Below are positions 13,201 to 27,901 of a DNA stretch of 64,000 nucleotides, piece by piece (the stretch's first letter is position 1; every line of letters begins with the position of its first letter). The translations under genes and the position numbers were made by a program. The DNA is taken from assembly GCA_951406725.2 (NCBI GenBank), contig OX597823.1, forward strand, positions 21,328,001-21,392,000, given 5' to 3'. The stretch is from Octopus vulgaris (Eukaryota). The notes beneath the pieces were generated by a model that was not told the DNA's origin, did no database searches, and saw only the letters and a list, made by a program, of their open reading frames with translations.

Positions 13201-13842
13201 CGGGTAAGTGTATAAATTCTTACTAATGCGTCATGTAGTAACATCCCAGAGTATTTTTCTCCTGACATTTAATTTTATACTGTCTTTATTTCGTATTTCA
13301 TTGATTAAATTTTAAATTCTCACCGGAGTTTATATATTTCCATTTTCCCTGGTGAATTGATCAAAATTTATCTGTGAGAAACTAAATAAAGGAGAGGTTC
13401 TTCTATCAATGGAACGGCGTTTCTTATAACATACAGAACGAGAGGAAATCTATTTCAGCATCAAATTTCGTGCTATCAATACTTCAGTTGGTATCAAGAG
13501 CAAAAATAAAATTTTCATTTTTCTATTTGCGATAATGTATTGAGAAGCCGAAGAAGAGGATTTAAAATACTCACACACGGGCGCGCGCGCACGCAAAGAC
13601 ATACACACACGAACATGCATGCAGGCATACATACATATATACATACACACACACAGGCAGAATACATACATACATACATACATGCATACATACAAACATA
13701 AATGTATATATATATATGTGTGTATGTGTGTGTGTGTGTATGTGTGTGTGTGAATGTATGTATGAATATGTAACGCAAAGAGATAACATCCTATATAATT
13801 CTTTTTTAATATTTCGCTATCCCTAAGCGAAATATTAATGTA

Positions 13843-13910
<68 letters not shown>

Positions 13911-13952
13911 CATACATACATACATACATACATACATACATACATACATACA

Positions 13953-13986
<34 letters not shown>

Positions 13987-14086
13987 ATTGCTCTTAAATG
14001 TAGTTTTGGTGGTTTTGACTGCTTCTTCTAGCGTGTAAAACTACCTGCTAAAGTTAGTTTCTCTTGCGTTTAAAGGTACACTGTTT

Positions 14087-14123
<37 letters not shown>

Positions 14124-14154
14124 GTGTGTGTGTGTATGTATACACATACATACA

Positions 14155-14190
<36 letters not shown>

Positions 14191-14561
14191 TATACATATG
14201 TATAAACATACACACACACATATATATTACTTCTAAACCTATATGAGTGGCTCAAGGTCTTTAACTTCAATAAATGCGAAAGTAGAAGTGCTAGACTCGA
14301 AACGTTGGGCTTTTGCTTCAGATATGGAACTTTGCAATTGATAAATAAATATATGCGGTATATTCACCATATTGAATGATTTCACACCAATACTTGTGCG
14401 TGTGTGTATCTGTGGTTGTGTCAGCGTGTGTGTTTATCTACTCATTTATTAATCTGTCGGTATGTGTATCACTTTTGCCATGCAAGACAACCCTTTCATA
14501 CACACGCAGCAACCAACACCTATTCCCCGTAGATTTCCTGAAGAAGGTTCCTAATCGAGAC

Positions 14562-14650
<89 letters not shown>

Positions 14651-14651
<1 letters not shown>

Positions 14652-14862
14652 GGCGAGCTGGTAGAAACGTTAGCATGCCGGTCGAAATACTTATTGGCAT
14701 TTCGTCTATCTTTACGTTCTGATTTCAAATTCCGCCGAGTTCGTCTTTACCTTTCATCCTTTCGGGGTCGATAAAATAGGTACCAGTTTCGTACTGTGGT
14801 CGATCTAATCAACTGACCCCCTTCCCCAAAATTTTGTACCTTGCGCCTAGATTAGAAAAGAA
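14651..14862 (+). mobile_element. SINE family B, near full length
   Basis: AGGCGAGCTGG.AGAAACGTTAGCA head plus core; follows (TAA)n. Confidence 0.8.
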
Positions 14863-14987
14863 TACAAGATAATAATACTAACCATTGACCAGTGCTTTTA
14901 ATTAACCTGCATTGTCTTGGTTTTTAAAAATTTCTTTCCCTCTTCTTCTCTTCCTTACTTTTCTGTCTGTCTGTCTCTCTCCCTCTC

Positions 14988-15064
<77 letters not shown>

Positions 15065-15069
15065 CGATT

Positions 15070-15285
15070 GATCGCTAGCCACTAAACCTTATTTTATTTA
15101 CTCTTTTTATTTTCTCTCTCTGTTTATTTCTGTATTCCTTTCTGTCAAAGAGCGTAGGCTCGAAACGTAAAAGACTTTCTCACTTCCCGAGCGTTAAACT
15201 AATACATCTATTTGTTGCTTACACACTCGTCTTCGTCTTCTGTTTTATTCATTTATTTATTTATTTATTGTAAATTCCAACTATA
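15070..15285 (+). mobile_element. Penelope-type terminal-repeat-like element (degenerate hammerhead-like motif)
   Basis: Homolog of 9925-10140 and 48065-48255; lies directly upstream of a Penelope-like RT fragment. Confidence 0.6.
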
Positions 15286-15299
15286 TATACATATACATA

Positions 15300-16055
15300 T
15301 AAAGAGAAATTAGCAGAGAACTCCATAATACTAACCATGTACTCCCGCTATGTGGCTGATACCAACATAGTAGCCAACGCTACCCTACAAGACAATTTTG
15401 ATGATCTAGAAGCTAACACTATGGAGAGCATCCAGCAAATAGCTAACTCCAGCCACCAGCGTATCAAAGTAATGATACCCTAACAAAACTATAGGCTACC
15501 CAAACTATAGGCTACCAGTTTTAGACACGCAACTCTGGATAAAAACCAAGAAGAATACGGTCCAGATCCTTCACTCACATTATTCCAAACTCACGTCTTC
15601 TAAATACCTTGTTCACAAGAACACAGACATTGCGGAGAAGTCAAGTTAAATATTCTTACAGCAGACTTGGTGAGAGCGATGAGGAATGTGTGTCGCATGT
15701 GCGACCCTATGGAATTGGAAAGACATATACAACACTTCATCCATCGCATGCAGTTCTCTGACTACAACCAAAGGGTGTACAAAGGAGCCAGGACTAAGTA
15801 CAAAGCCTTCAAAGAGAGTGATGCAAAGGGGATCTGCCCACTTTACCGGAGTAAATCCTGGAATAGCACAGAGAGGACCAGAAAAAAAGATAGATAAGGC
15901 CAACTCATGTTTTGACAACAAAAAATACCAGTGTCATGTTCGTTGACACTCCCCCTGGCTGCGAACTAGCATACTGTTTTAGAAAAAACATGAGATTAGG
16001 TCACTATATAAATTACAGTAGTAGAAAAGCCTTGTACCTCTGTAAAATCCCTGGT
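15300..16055 (+). mobile_element. Penelope-like element reverse transcriptase C-terminal/linker fragment, pseudogenised
   Basis: YSRYVADT (Y.DD-like), LPVLDTQLW, RMQFSDY, PLYRSKSWNSTER, VMFVDTPPGCELA, VVEKP..SVKSL; stops and frameshifts. Confidence 0.75.
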
Positions 16056-16540
16056 TTGTATGTATGTTAGCTATATCGTTGTTTAACAAGTGTCGTGTTT
16101 GATCGTTGATGTAGATGCTAGTAACATCCCTATATAATAATATCCGAAACAAATGTTGCTTGATTGTTTTATTCCCTAGTCACGCCTGATATCTTATAAA
16201 GAAAGGGGAGAGTAAAGGAAGGATACGGAATGAGTTAGCCTTTGTAGTGACACACAGGACCCATTTTTTTTTTGGCTTTTATATGTCATATAAGGAATAT
16301 ATTCCCAATCTTTTTTCTAACACCGGTATGTCGTTTTTTGAAGGCATTGTAAAGTGGCCGGTGTGGCTGCTTATTCATAACGTGTAATAATACAACAAAG
16401 TTAACACGGTACAAACTGCATTTTGAGAACGTAAATCTTGTACGTGTTAAGTGTAATAAGTAAAAGTAGATTATGCGCACACACATAATTATATGAACAT
16501 ATATGTGTACATGCATATATGTGTGTGTGTGTGTGTGTAG

Positions 16541-16830
16541 GTAAATGGCCTAGTGGTTAGAGCAACGGATTCGCGGTCGAGGGATCGCGGGTTCGAATCT
16601 CAGACCGGGCGATGTGTGTGTTTATGAGCGAAACACCTAAGCTCCAAGCGGCTCCGGCAGAAGGTAATAGCGAACTTCTGCTGACTCTTTTGCCACAACT
16701 TTCTCTCACTCTTTCCTCCAGCATCCTGTAGCTCACCTGCGACGGACTGGCGTCCCGTCCAGATGGGGAACCTATACGCAAAGGAAACCGGGAAACCAGC
16801 CCTTATGAGCCAGACGTGGCTCCAGAAGGA
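16541..16830 (+). mobile_element. SINE family D
   Basis: TGGCCTAGTGGTTAG A box, GGTTCGAATCT B box, GACTGGCGTCCCGTCCAG tail. Confidence 0.85.
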
Positions 16831-16861
16831 ACAAACAAAAAACAAACACACACACACATAC

Positions 16862-16917
<56 letters not shown>

Positions 16918-17202
16918 CAAACTGAGGAAAAGAAAACCTTCAAAAATCTATGTTAAACATCTAGTTCACCGCTTCTTCTGTTGGATACCATATAAATATC
17001 GGTATAATTTAATAATACAGATAAATTAGGGAGATATCCTATTGACATTTAATAATTTATTTATATTACAATATTACATTAAATACTATGAATATAATGT
17101 ATAACATAACGTAATATTATATTAATTATTATAAAAACCGTAAAAGGCAACAAATTGTTTCGACTTATATATATTTTTTTCTGAGATACATAATCACTGT
17201 TG

Positions 17203-17255
<53 letters not shown>

Positions 17256-17270
17256 CATATACCTGTGTGT

Positions 17271-17346
<76 letters not shown>

Positions 17347-17539
17347 TCTTCTTTCCTTGAGCCCTCAATTGCTGGCTAAATCAGAAAAGTGGAATCGTGG
17401 CTCTTGGGCAACAAAAGACCTGGTTAGAATAAGCCTCGTCGCTCTCCAGTATTGACCACAGCTGGTTTCTTCCAAAGAAAAACGGAGAGAGAGAGAGAGA
17501 GGGAGAGAGAGATAGGTAGATAGGTAGATAGGTAGATAG

Positions 17540-17593
<54 letters not shown>

Positions 17594-17834
17594 TGAAAGA
17601 GAGAGACCGGCAGATTCAGCCATAGTACTTGATAATATTTAAGTTATCGACATGCGAATAGATGAAAGGCGTAGCTGACCCTGCTGTTATGTGATCTCAA
17701 AAACAGAGACAACTTGGACGAATGACGCCAGGCATTTTAGCAGTCCCTTTGACAACTCTTTTAATTCCGCCAATTCTTCAAGTATCCGCGCGCGGTCGCG
17801 CGCGCGTGTGTGTCTGTAACTTTGTGTGAGCGTA

Positions 17835-17886
17835 TGATAATAATAATAATAATGATAACAACAACAGCAGCAACAACAACAACAAC

Positions 17887-17939
<53 letters not shown>

Positions 17940-18010
17940 TAATAATAATGATAATAATAATAATAATGATAATAATAATAATAATAATAATAATCATAAT
18001 AATAATAATG

Positions 18011-18101
<91 letters not shown>

Positions 18102-18150
18102 TAATAATGATAGTAACAATAACAAACGATAATGATGATGCTGATGATGG
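17835..18150. repeat. (TAA)n/(TGA)n/(CAA)n microsatellite
   Basis: Direct reading. Confidence 0.95.
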
Positions 18151-19380
18151 TTTCGTCATATTTCAACTCTTTTGTTTTATGTTTCAGACATTCCATTATG
18201 GGAAGACTAAATCTTCGAAATGGTATTGAAGCAATTCTAATATCGACTCTGCTGCCTCCCCACCACCATCCTCACCAGCATCAGCATCACAATCACCATC
18301 AGCAAAAAGAGTAACCGCAACAACAGAACATTTACAACATGAAAAGTAATAACAGCTGAACGTAATGGCGTCGTTGTATTTTCTTTCATTTCTCCTTTCA
18401 AAGAACAAAGAATGAAATGTCAATTTGATTACGAGCAACGATGGTTATTGGCACGATCGAACCTGCATCTGCCACTATACGAGATGGCACGTATTCGTTT
18501 TTGTCGGTTCGGTTCTTTTCACAATTATAACTTACCTTTAGCATCAACAAATCGCTTGATTCTACGAAGTGGAGGTTTCTTTCCCTAAGAAAAAATAACC
18601 CTCAAAGAAAACGCCCGACTTGATTTGGTTTATCTTCTGCTACCTTGCCTATGTTCCTCACAAAAAAATGAAAATCCCTACAAAACAGAGCCAATGACGG
18701 ACTCAATACGCGGTCCCTCGACTTGCTAAAATTAACAGACAAGTTTCCTGAACAGTACAGTATAATTGCTTAAACCAAACGGTTCATACTGGATACTATT
18801 TTCTAGATGTACGGTGTCTAAATAAAAGACGAGATGGCCACAGCTAGAACGTCTTCGTCGTAGGTCTGTCCGATCAGTGATGACCTGGGGATTTAACAAC
18901 AACAACAGCAATTAAAAGAAATTGTTATTTTTGTTGTTGTTATTTGTAAAGGTTCTTCTTTCTTTTTTAGCATCATGGTGGTTCTTATTCACATTAATAA
19001 GATCCAAGAAGCATGGCTCCGCAGCAGACAGTATATTGATATGCTAGAGTCAGTATTTCATTTGCCAACTACAGTCCGCCAGTCTTGTAATATCAATACA
19101 CAAAAACACAACGTGAAAAAAGAAAGAGAAACAATACCAAATTCACACACAAAAGCAAAAAATATTATTCAAAAATAAAATAAAAAAATAGAAATAAATA
19201 CAAATATATTTTTTTAAATCTCAGTTAATCGGCACAAAGTTTTATATAAAATCATATGCTTTGTCAGTGATATAGACTAGCACAATTTAAAATTACATTC
19301 GCTTTTTACAGCATAACTATACATATACATACATACATATATACATACACACACACATACATATATATATATATACATAC

Positions 19381-19434
<54 letters not shown>

Positions 19435-21049
19435 GTATGTATGTATGCATGGACGTACAGTAGCAAGTAAGTAAGTCTGAATTGAAATATTACGTTTTTT
19501 CGTCTGAAACCACTTAGGTAAGTTGATGCAAAACTAATAAAAGATAGAAAGGAAGAAAGTGAACGATAGAAGAGATAGTGAAATGAAGTTACGGCCATTT
19601 ATTGTGTATTTGTAAAGCAATATTTCTTTATAAGGACAGAAAAAAATTATACAAAGATTTAAATAAATGCACAAAAATTATTCTGGTGAAAGACAGGATA
19701 GATAAACAGATGGATAGATAAATAATTTGCAAGAGGAAACAGAAGAAGAAAGTTAACTAGACATATAAATTGATACGTAGCTACACAGAAAAATATAGTG
19801 CCAAAATCATACCGACAAGAACAAAACATTAGTACAGACAGTTATATATGACACGGAGTATTAAGTATTGCTGAGTCCAACACTAACATATTTTTACGTA
19901 ACTGAACCAAGAAGTGTTACTCCTGAGGACACGTGAAAATTTAAGTCATTACCTATATATATTATTATTATGTGCCATGAACAGTAAATTATAAACTTTA
20001 CAAAGAATTCTTGCTTCGTTTATGACCTTTTATATAAAATTTAGTATTATAGTCTATAACCTCATGCATTAGTTCTGTCTCTCAAGTAGAAGCACTTTAC
20101 CTATATTACGATTTTAGCATAACTATACGCCTGCCACGGAATATATATATAAACACACACACATACACACACGCTCACAGGTTGACAGATAGATATTTCT
20201 GACATTAAATATATATACATATATGTAAGATATTTCCAAGTAAGACCCAAGAGGTGAAAATAGACTACATCCTAATACAGGAATCGAACTATACATCTTT
20301 TTACTTGTAAATATTTTTAACAAGAAGGATTTGGGATTCTACACGCTGACATACACACACACACGCACACGCACACACACACACATTTATACATACATAC
20401 ATACATACGTATATGCATTTATGCAAGACATACTTTGATTGCTGAGCATATTATGTACATTGTCTGGAAACTAACGAGAATTAGATATTGACTAACAACA
20501 AATGACTGATCACTGTGTTTCAGTAAGTTGTATAACTCCTGAGTCACCGTTAAAATTTTACAAGTTTCTTACTTGGGAATTATCGGTAAATACCTAATGA
20601 AATATTAACGTTTTGAAACAAATGGGTGGTATTTGATTTCCAGAATATTTGGTTTAAAAAAATCACCGAGAGAGAATAATGTACGGCAGCTGAAATTGTT
20701 TTGAGGTTTATTGTGTTGTTTTCAATGAGAAACTGTGTAACGGTTAGTTTTAACGAATATAAAAGGAATCTGGTAATTAATTTGATGGAGGAAAACTGAT
20801 AAAATGTAGTTATTGGATTTCGTTTTGTTTGTTTTAGAAGAATTTACTCTTCAAGTTCTTAGAGGAGGAACACACACTTGTGAAGTTTGCTACAATTATT
20901 TGTTTCCGTTTATACACGCGCGTTTGCGCGTACACACAAACACACACATACACACACATATATAGATATATACATGTATGCACATCTATATGAGTGAGCA
21001 TAATTAACATTATAGTTTATGGTAGACAGAAACACACAAACACACACAT

Positions 21050-21082
<33 letters not shown>

Positions 21083-21691
21083 TGCATACATGCACACACA
21101 AGCTTACACAAATACAGACCTATATACTAGCATATAGACACTCGTAAACACACTCAAGTCTTCTAAGAAAATGCATTAGGAACGATTTCACAGTTTGGAA
21201 CTATTAACGCCACAAAACTATATTATGTAATGAAAACAACTACTCGAATTATTGCAAATTCTACCAAAATCTTCATGTTTTCATTAGAAATATATTTGCA
21301 ATGAATTATTATTATTACATTGCAGTAGCCGATTTTGTGTGTGATACCATAAGAATTCCAATAATATAGAGACACGTTAGTATTCAAAGTATCCGATTAG
21401 TATCAATCACAAATATAAAAACGATTGGCTGTAATCCTCTGAGATTCATTATTTAACAAATGTTTTTGTGGCCGCCCCAAATGTGCCACAAAACTTGCAA
21501 AATTACATTCACCATTATTTATTTGACCTGAAATATCGAGCGTTCTATAAATTTATCCATCGGTATGTGTGTATATCTGTATTTATGTATGCCTGTATGA
21601 ACGTGTGTTAGTATAATTCTTTCTCTGCACCGACATTAAATCACTAGGTTCGTTCAGGTATCGGCCTTTGTACACTTTTATACATTATACG

Positions 21692-21724
<33 letters not shown>

Positions 21725-22054
21725 GGAAATAAGGTTATCGACAGTTCTTGGCAGTAACAAAAAACAACAACAACAGCAACAATAATAACAACAACAGCAA
21801 CAACAACAAACATCATTTCTTATCAATGTACCAAGTTCTTCCTCCTCAAATAAATATTTACATAGACTGAATAAAAAATAGAAGAGGGAGAAAATTGAAT
21901 ATTGCATCCAATAGTAAATCATTACTAAATTAATTAAAAATTACTAAAAAGTATTTACAGTAACAAAACTAATAACACTTATACTAAAATTCCTCGCCAC
22001 ATACAATAGACGCAAATATCTCCGACACGTTTATGTCTATGTGCGCCAGGAACA

Positions 22055-22379
22055 ATGTTCCTCTCACCATCTAGCATCCATTTTACCAGTTGTACTGGTC
22101 AGCAGACTGTGGAAGAAATTACACATGAAAGAGACATCATCGAAGCTAGTAGACATTTTGTACAGAATCTAGACAGAGCCCGTTTGCAAGTGGCACAGAA
22201 AGACGGTCACTATTTTACATTGAACAATACACGACTCTTGGTGTTTCGGCGCCTTGAAAAAGAAGGAAGGTGCAAAAGGGTTAAAGTGGACTGTATACCT
22301 TTGAATGCTATACCGGCGGGCATTCGGATGATGATGATTGTACCAAATTTTAAAACTAACAACACCAATACAGTTGCAG
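22055..22379 (+). CDS. First coding exon of an uncharacterised protein with a divergent ParB/Srx-like domain (108 codons, phase-1 donor)
   Basis: Non-repetitive ORF MFLSPSSIHFT...RLQVAQKDGHYFTLNNTRLLVFRRLEKEGRCKRVKV; ends at the consensus donor CAG|GTAAGT (22379/22380); motif order resembles L.PS.I.F(S/T)...V....G.Y..DNRRL..F. Confidence 0.75.
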
Positions 22380-22476
22380 GTAAGTTACGTATGCCAGTCA
22401 TCCGTTTCTCTTCAAACAGGTGCACACACACACACACATATATACAGACTTCCTGATCCATGAACGCGCGCACAGT

Positions 22477-22555
<79 letters not shown>

Positions 22556-22560
22556 GTATG

Positions 22561-22949
22561 TATATATATAAAGCTGAAGTTTGTGTATGGTTGGTTTGGT
22601 AGCTTTCAATTAACACTACCTCCTCCGAGACCCTGCTGCACAAGTTGACCAAAATAAATTTAAAGTATGTTAGAAGAAGGATTGCTCTTCCTTCTGAAGA
22701 AGAAAAAATTCAAATCGGACCACGTTAACACCAAAAATTATTTACATCAAAAAGGTGCTTTTTTTTATGAAAATCCCTATTTTTTACGATTTTTTTACTG
22801 CTGTGTCGTCATTTTTCGGTGTATTTCAACCAGAACATTGTTCACTTAAAGAGAGTAACAAGCTACATAATGCAAAATTTTTACTTTTTTAAAAATTTCA
22901 ATTCTAAAGGGTCGAAACAAACCCGAGCAACGCCGGGTGATACTGCTGG
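22561..22949 (+). mobile_element. Non-autonomous Helitron family H2 (in the putative intron)
   Basis: Homolog of 50276-50668; ends AAACCCGAGCAACGCCGGGTGATACTG-CTGG|T (CTRR). Confidence 0.8.
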
Positions 22950-23009
22950 TATATATATATATATTTATACAGACACACACACACACATGTGTATATATAT
23001 ATATATGTG

Positions 23010-23209
23010 TGTAGGCGGGGGGGATAAACACAGACACACATACATATACAAATATGTATATGTATATATACGACGGGCTTGTTTCAGTTTCCGTCAACCA
23101 AATCCACTGACAAGGCTGTGGACGGCCCGAGGCTATACTAGAAGACACTTGCCCAAGGTACCACGCAGTGAGACCGAACCCAGAACCATGTGGTTGGTAA
23201 GCACACGGC

Positions 23210-23213
<4 letters not shown>
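23010..23213 (-). mobile_element. SINE family A, 5' half
   Basis: Reverse-complement match to 12790-13000. Confidence 0.8.
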
Positions 23214-23288
<75 letters not shown>

Positions 23289-23766
23289 CAATTATCACAG
23301 AATGTGTCTAGAGTATTAGAAAAACCTAGATTACTAAAAATAAGAAGTAAAATGCTCGTGTTCTCAGCAGAGACACGAGTCGCAACATGTAGCCATGAAT
23401 AATGCTAAGTCTTGTTATTCTGTGTTACATGGACTCTTTCCGATTCTCGATTACTATGATCATCTAACTGCAATATACGTAAATACACACGTGCATACTC
23501 ATGTGTGCTATACAAACTAAATAGATTTCGGCCAATATTGGCACAGTTTTTCTTTTCCATTTAATAAAACTAGTAGTAATGTCGTTTAAGCCGTGTTACC
23601 GTAACCCTTTCATCGGTAGCTTGCTGCTTGATCTTCTCTTTCCCTGATTTGTTTCAGAACAATATTAAAAGCATGAGGATTGGTGGATAGAATATAGTTA
23701 CGTTGTAATGTGGTGTGTGCGTATGTGTGTGTGTACGCACACATACGCACACACACACACACACCA

Positions 23767-23825
<59 letters not shown>

Positions 23826-23883
23826 CCAGATAGATAGATAGATACGTACATACATACATACATACATACATAGACAGATACAT

Positions 23884-24220
23884 TCTTTTATTCTTTTATT
23901 TGTTTCACTCATTTGATTGCAGCCTTGCTGGAGCACCGCCTTTAGTCGAACGAATCGACCCCAAGACTTATTGTTTGTAAGTCCAGTACTTATTCTATCG
24001 GTCTCTTTTGCCAAACCGCTATGCTACTGGGACGTAAACACACCAGCATTGGTTGTCAAGCGATGGTGTGGTTTCCGCCTACCAAATCCACTGACAAGTC
24101 TTTGGTCGGCCCGAGGCTATAGTAGAAGACACTTGCCCAAGGTGCCACACAGTACCACTGAAATTCGAAACCATTTGATTGGTTAGCAAGCTACTTACCA
24201 CACAGCCACTCCTGCGCCTA
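23884..24220 (-). mobile_element. SINE family A lacking the internal microsatellite
   Basis: Head (CCACTCCTGCGCCT) and tail present, central TA/TG block absent. Confidence 0.8.
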
Positions 24221-24437
24221 TATATATATATATATTTGTTATATTGCCGGACAGTCCTGTCTTTTGGAGCAAATAAATACACACACAATATATTCGTTCT
24301 TCACTTCAGATTTATTATTGTTCTTATTTTAGTATCCATTGTCTAAATCTTTCGTCACCAATCCTATGACCTCTTGAACGACTCTCCACAACACGTGTAT
24401 CCTCCTATCCTCAGAACAGGAGACACATACACGCAGA

Positions 24438-24487
<50 letters not shown>

Positions 24488-25317
24488 GATAACATTTTTC
24501 GGGAAATTTTTTATCAATGGTCAGCATATTAAAAAATACCTTTAAAGGTTAAATTTATAAACAAATTATAAACAAGGGCAAAAGAAAAAAATTCTAATGC
24601 CAAATGTGCCGAAAATAAAGAAATTGTCAATAACCATATAATTTATCACTACAAATACGTGTCTCGAAGTAAGCCGACAGATATTTCTAAAAAATTCCGT
24701 TATTATCGTATCGGTCCCAATTTATATGTATATATATATATACCATAAAAAAAATTCATTTTTCGAACAGTGTTCCTAGAAGCAGATAATAAATAATAGC
24801 GTGTATATATTAGGCTAAAAACCTAGTGAATTGAAAATGTCAAAACTCGCCCAGGGTCAAGAAGCACAATCCTGAAAGGTGTTCTGCCAGTGGATCAAAA
24901 TGATCTTTCGATTTTTCTCTATTCGTTTGAGAATCTTTACTCTTACCAACGAGAATATTTCTTAAATTTCGAGAGAACGTGAAATAATTCTTTTATGGGA
25001 CAGGGGATCTCGAATCAGACGGTAAAACCATAAAAATCGGATAGAGAACGTCGAAGGCTACCGAAGGACTCGAACCCGGGTATAAATTAAATATATTTTT
25101 CAAAAAGTTCCATTTTATCCATCTAAATGTGTGAGTGCGAGTGCATGTTCGCGTATGTTTGCATGTGTGCGCGCACGTCTGTGTGCTATTTCACTTTCTG
25201 TTTAGCTTCTTTAGGTCAGCTCCTTTTTAGCATGCTGGAGTACCTTTTCAGCAAACAAAAACAAACACGCATACAAAACCCATTTATATATATTTAATGT
25301 TTACATACTTTTGGCAG

Positions 25318-25532
25318 GCATGATGCTATGGTTTTTGTCTGAAAGAAAATCTTTTAAAAGACATGCTGTGGTTCAAACGCTGAACAGGAGCGAGGCGAAC
25401 ATTATATTAACACTGAACAGCGAACACGTCAAACGCATTTCGACTTCCTTAAACCTTGTCAACCACGTATACTTGCCAGTCGCTTACTTAGAGGAAATCG
25501 GTCTCCTCCAATGTACAGGAAAGACTGAATAA
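25318..25532 (+). CDS. Candidate downstream exon of the 22055 gene (phase-1 compatible, ends in TAA)
   Basis: Acceptor TTTACATACTTTTGGCAG|; only the phase-1 frame is open (~71 codons); no recognisable homology. Confidence 0.3.
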
Positions 25533-25671
25533 TACATTAGCTGATATTGCGGATAGCCGCCAGGCTGAATAAAACTCGGTGAACGTAATTGAAAGAACTT
25601 TTTAAAAATATATCGTTCGTGTGTGTGTGTTTGCGTGCGTGTGTGTATATGGGTGTGAATGACGGTATGGT

Positions 25672-25744
<73 letters not shown>

Positions 25745-26269
25745 CACATCCATACATTTACATATATGCCATACCTTCATACCTATATACATAATATATG
25801 TATGTGTGTATGTATATTTGCATTATGTAAGAGTGTGTGTGTTTGTGTGTGTGTGTGTTTGTGTGCGTGTGTGTGTGTGTGTTTGTATGCAAGTGTACTA
25901 TATTTCTGTGCTCATACTTACACAAACACCACCTCTTCTTTTATTACATTGGTATATATATATATACACCAAACTATACTTGAATCACTACGACCCGCTA
26001 AAATCGTTGAAAATAGTGCTCCAGCAAGGATACCATCCAATGGCTACATCCATTAAACGACCAAACGATTGTCACATTTTATTTTTTACTCCTTTTAAGT
26101 CTTGAGCTATGCCCATGCAAGGTCTGGGCTTTGAAAGATTCTTAGACCATCATATCAAACCTCGTTGCTTATGTCACTTTGGTATTTATCTTATCATTCT
26201 CTTTTGTCTTCGACTCCATACAATGTTTTCCAAACTCCACTTACAAGTCATTGGCCAAACCGAGGTTAG

Positions 26270-26630
26270 CATGAGACAGCTATCCAAGATACTGTTTAAC
26301 TGGATCGAAACTGAATCTACGTATACATAAAGTATACACAAAGTTATCAACCACCTCACCAACAGCAACACTGAACACCTTTTTGATCTCCATGTGTCTA
26401 ACACACGTGGACATGCCTACAAAGTCAGAAAACAACACAGCTCCCATGACTTTCGGAAACATTTTTTCACGCTCAGAGTTGCTGAAGCATGGAATAAACT
26501 GCCTGCGTCAGTTGTTGACTGCCATGATACTGCATCCTTTAAGGCCCTCATGCTTTCCGAAATCCGCCGAAACTACACCTGATTATATATACACTTTAGA
26601 TGAGTTGTAGTGCACCTGAGCACTGTACAC
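26270..26630 (+). mobile_element. CR1-clade LINE 3' end
   Basis: TRGHAYKVRKQHSSHDFRKHFFTLRVAEAWNKLPASVV..FK motif; short UTR then (TTA)n tail. Confidence 0.8.
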
Positions 26631-26631
26631 A

Positions 26632-26663
<32 letters not shown>

Positions 26664-26668
<5 letters not shown>

Positions 26669-26823
26669 CGACGGGCTTCTTTCATTTTCCGTCTACCAAA
26701 TCCACTCAGTAGGCTTTGGTCGGCCCGAGGCTATAGTAGAAGACACTCGCCCAAGGTGCCACGCAGTGGGACTGAACCCGGAACCACGTGGTTCGTAAGC
26801 AAGCTACTTACCACATAGCCACT
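26664..26823 (-). mobile_element. SINE family A, 5' half
   Basis: Reverse-complement match to the family A head. Confidence 0.8.
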
Positions 26824-27344
26824 TCACTACTAATATAGTATAAAAGTTTTTTCAGAAAAAAATTTCATCATAAGTGGCATATTAAAATACCTTTAAAGGT
26901 TAAAATCATAAACAACATATATATCTACGCATACCTGTATATCTGTGTACTTATGTGTGTGTGAGTGTGTATGTATTTGTGTTGGGGAATGTGTGTAAAT
27001 GTATACACGTATTAGAATGGGTTTTGTATATGAATATATATATATCTTAATCAGAAGTCACTACTAGTCCTTCAACTCTACCTCACAACTCCTCTTAAAC
27101 CAAACATTTCTGAAATATAAGAGAGAGAGAGGGAGGGGGTGACTGAGAGGGAGCGAGAATGTTCTGTTATTTTCTGTCAAATAGTATGGTCTTTAATGCC
27201 TATCGTATCGCTGCACAATATCTGCCAAATCTCCTTTAAATCATATCCTATCTCCTTAAATAGTGAAAGGACACACCAGATAACTCAATCTTATATATAA
27301 ATACATACATATATATATATATATTTCTGTGTGTGCGCGCATGT

Positions 27345-27417
<73 letters not shown>

Positions 27418-27442
27418 AGGTTGAAAAGGAACATACGAGTTG

Positions 27443-27610
27443 ATATATATGGAAAAAAAGTCATGGTAGAAAATGCTAAAATAATTTTATCAAAAAAAAT
27501 TTCAGTGGTGGTTTCAGTCATTGAGATTTCTTCAATTGTTTCAATGACTGAAACCGGTACTGAAATGTTTTTTATGAAATTATTTTAGCATTTTCTACTT
27601 TGACTTTTTT

Positions 27611-27620
<10 letters not shown>
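27443..27620. repeat. Long imperfect palindrome (~85-bp arms) centred on a hammerhead-like motif
   Basis: GGAAAAAAAGTCA.GGTAGAAAATGCTAAAATAATTT...GGTTTCAGTCATTGA pairs with TCAATGACTGAAACC...AAATTATTTTAGCATTTTCTAC.TTGACTTTTTTCC. Confidence 0.85.
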
Positions 27621-27653
<33 letters not shown>

Positions 27654-27749
27654 TAAATTAGAGACAAAACCACTATTAGGCAAATCAAACAATGAAAAAC
27701 TTAAGCCAATACATAATATATTATTATATATATGTATATATATGTAAGT

Positions 27750-27901
<152 letters not shown>

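Noticed and set aside
16541-16612. tRNA gene-like sequence (also 11070-11139 and 56480-56548)
   Set aside because: A/B boxes run into SINE bodies, with no full acceptor stem or poly-T terminator; these are SINE heads
19915-19950. CTGAGGA...GAAA hammerhead-like spacing (also CTGATGA at about 9036)
   Set aside because: No stem II or stem III pairing and no NUH with stem I complementarity
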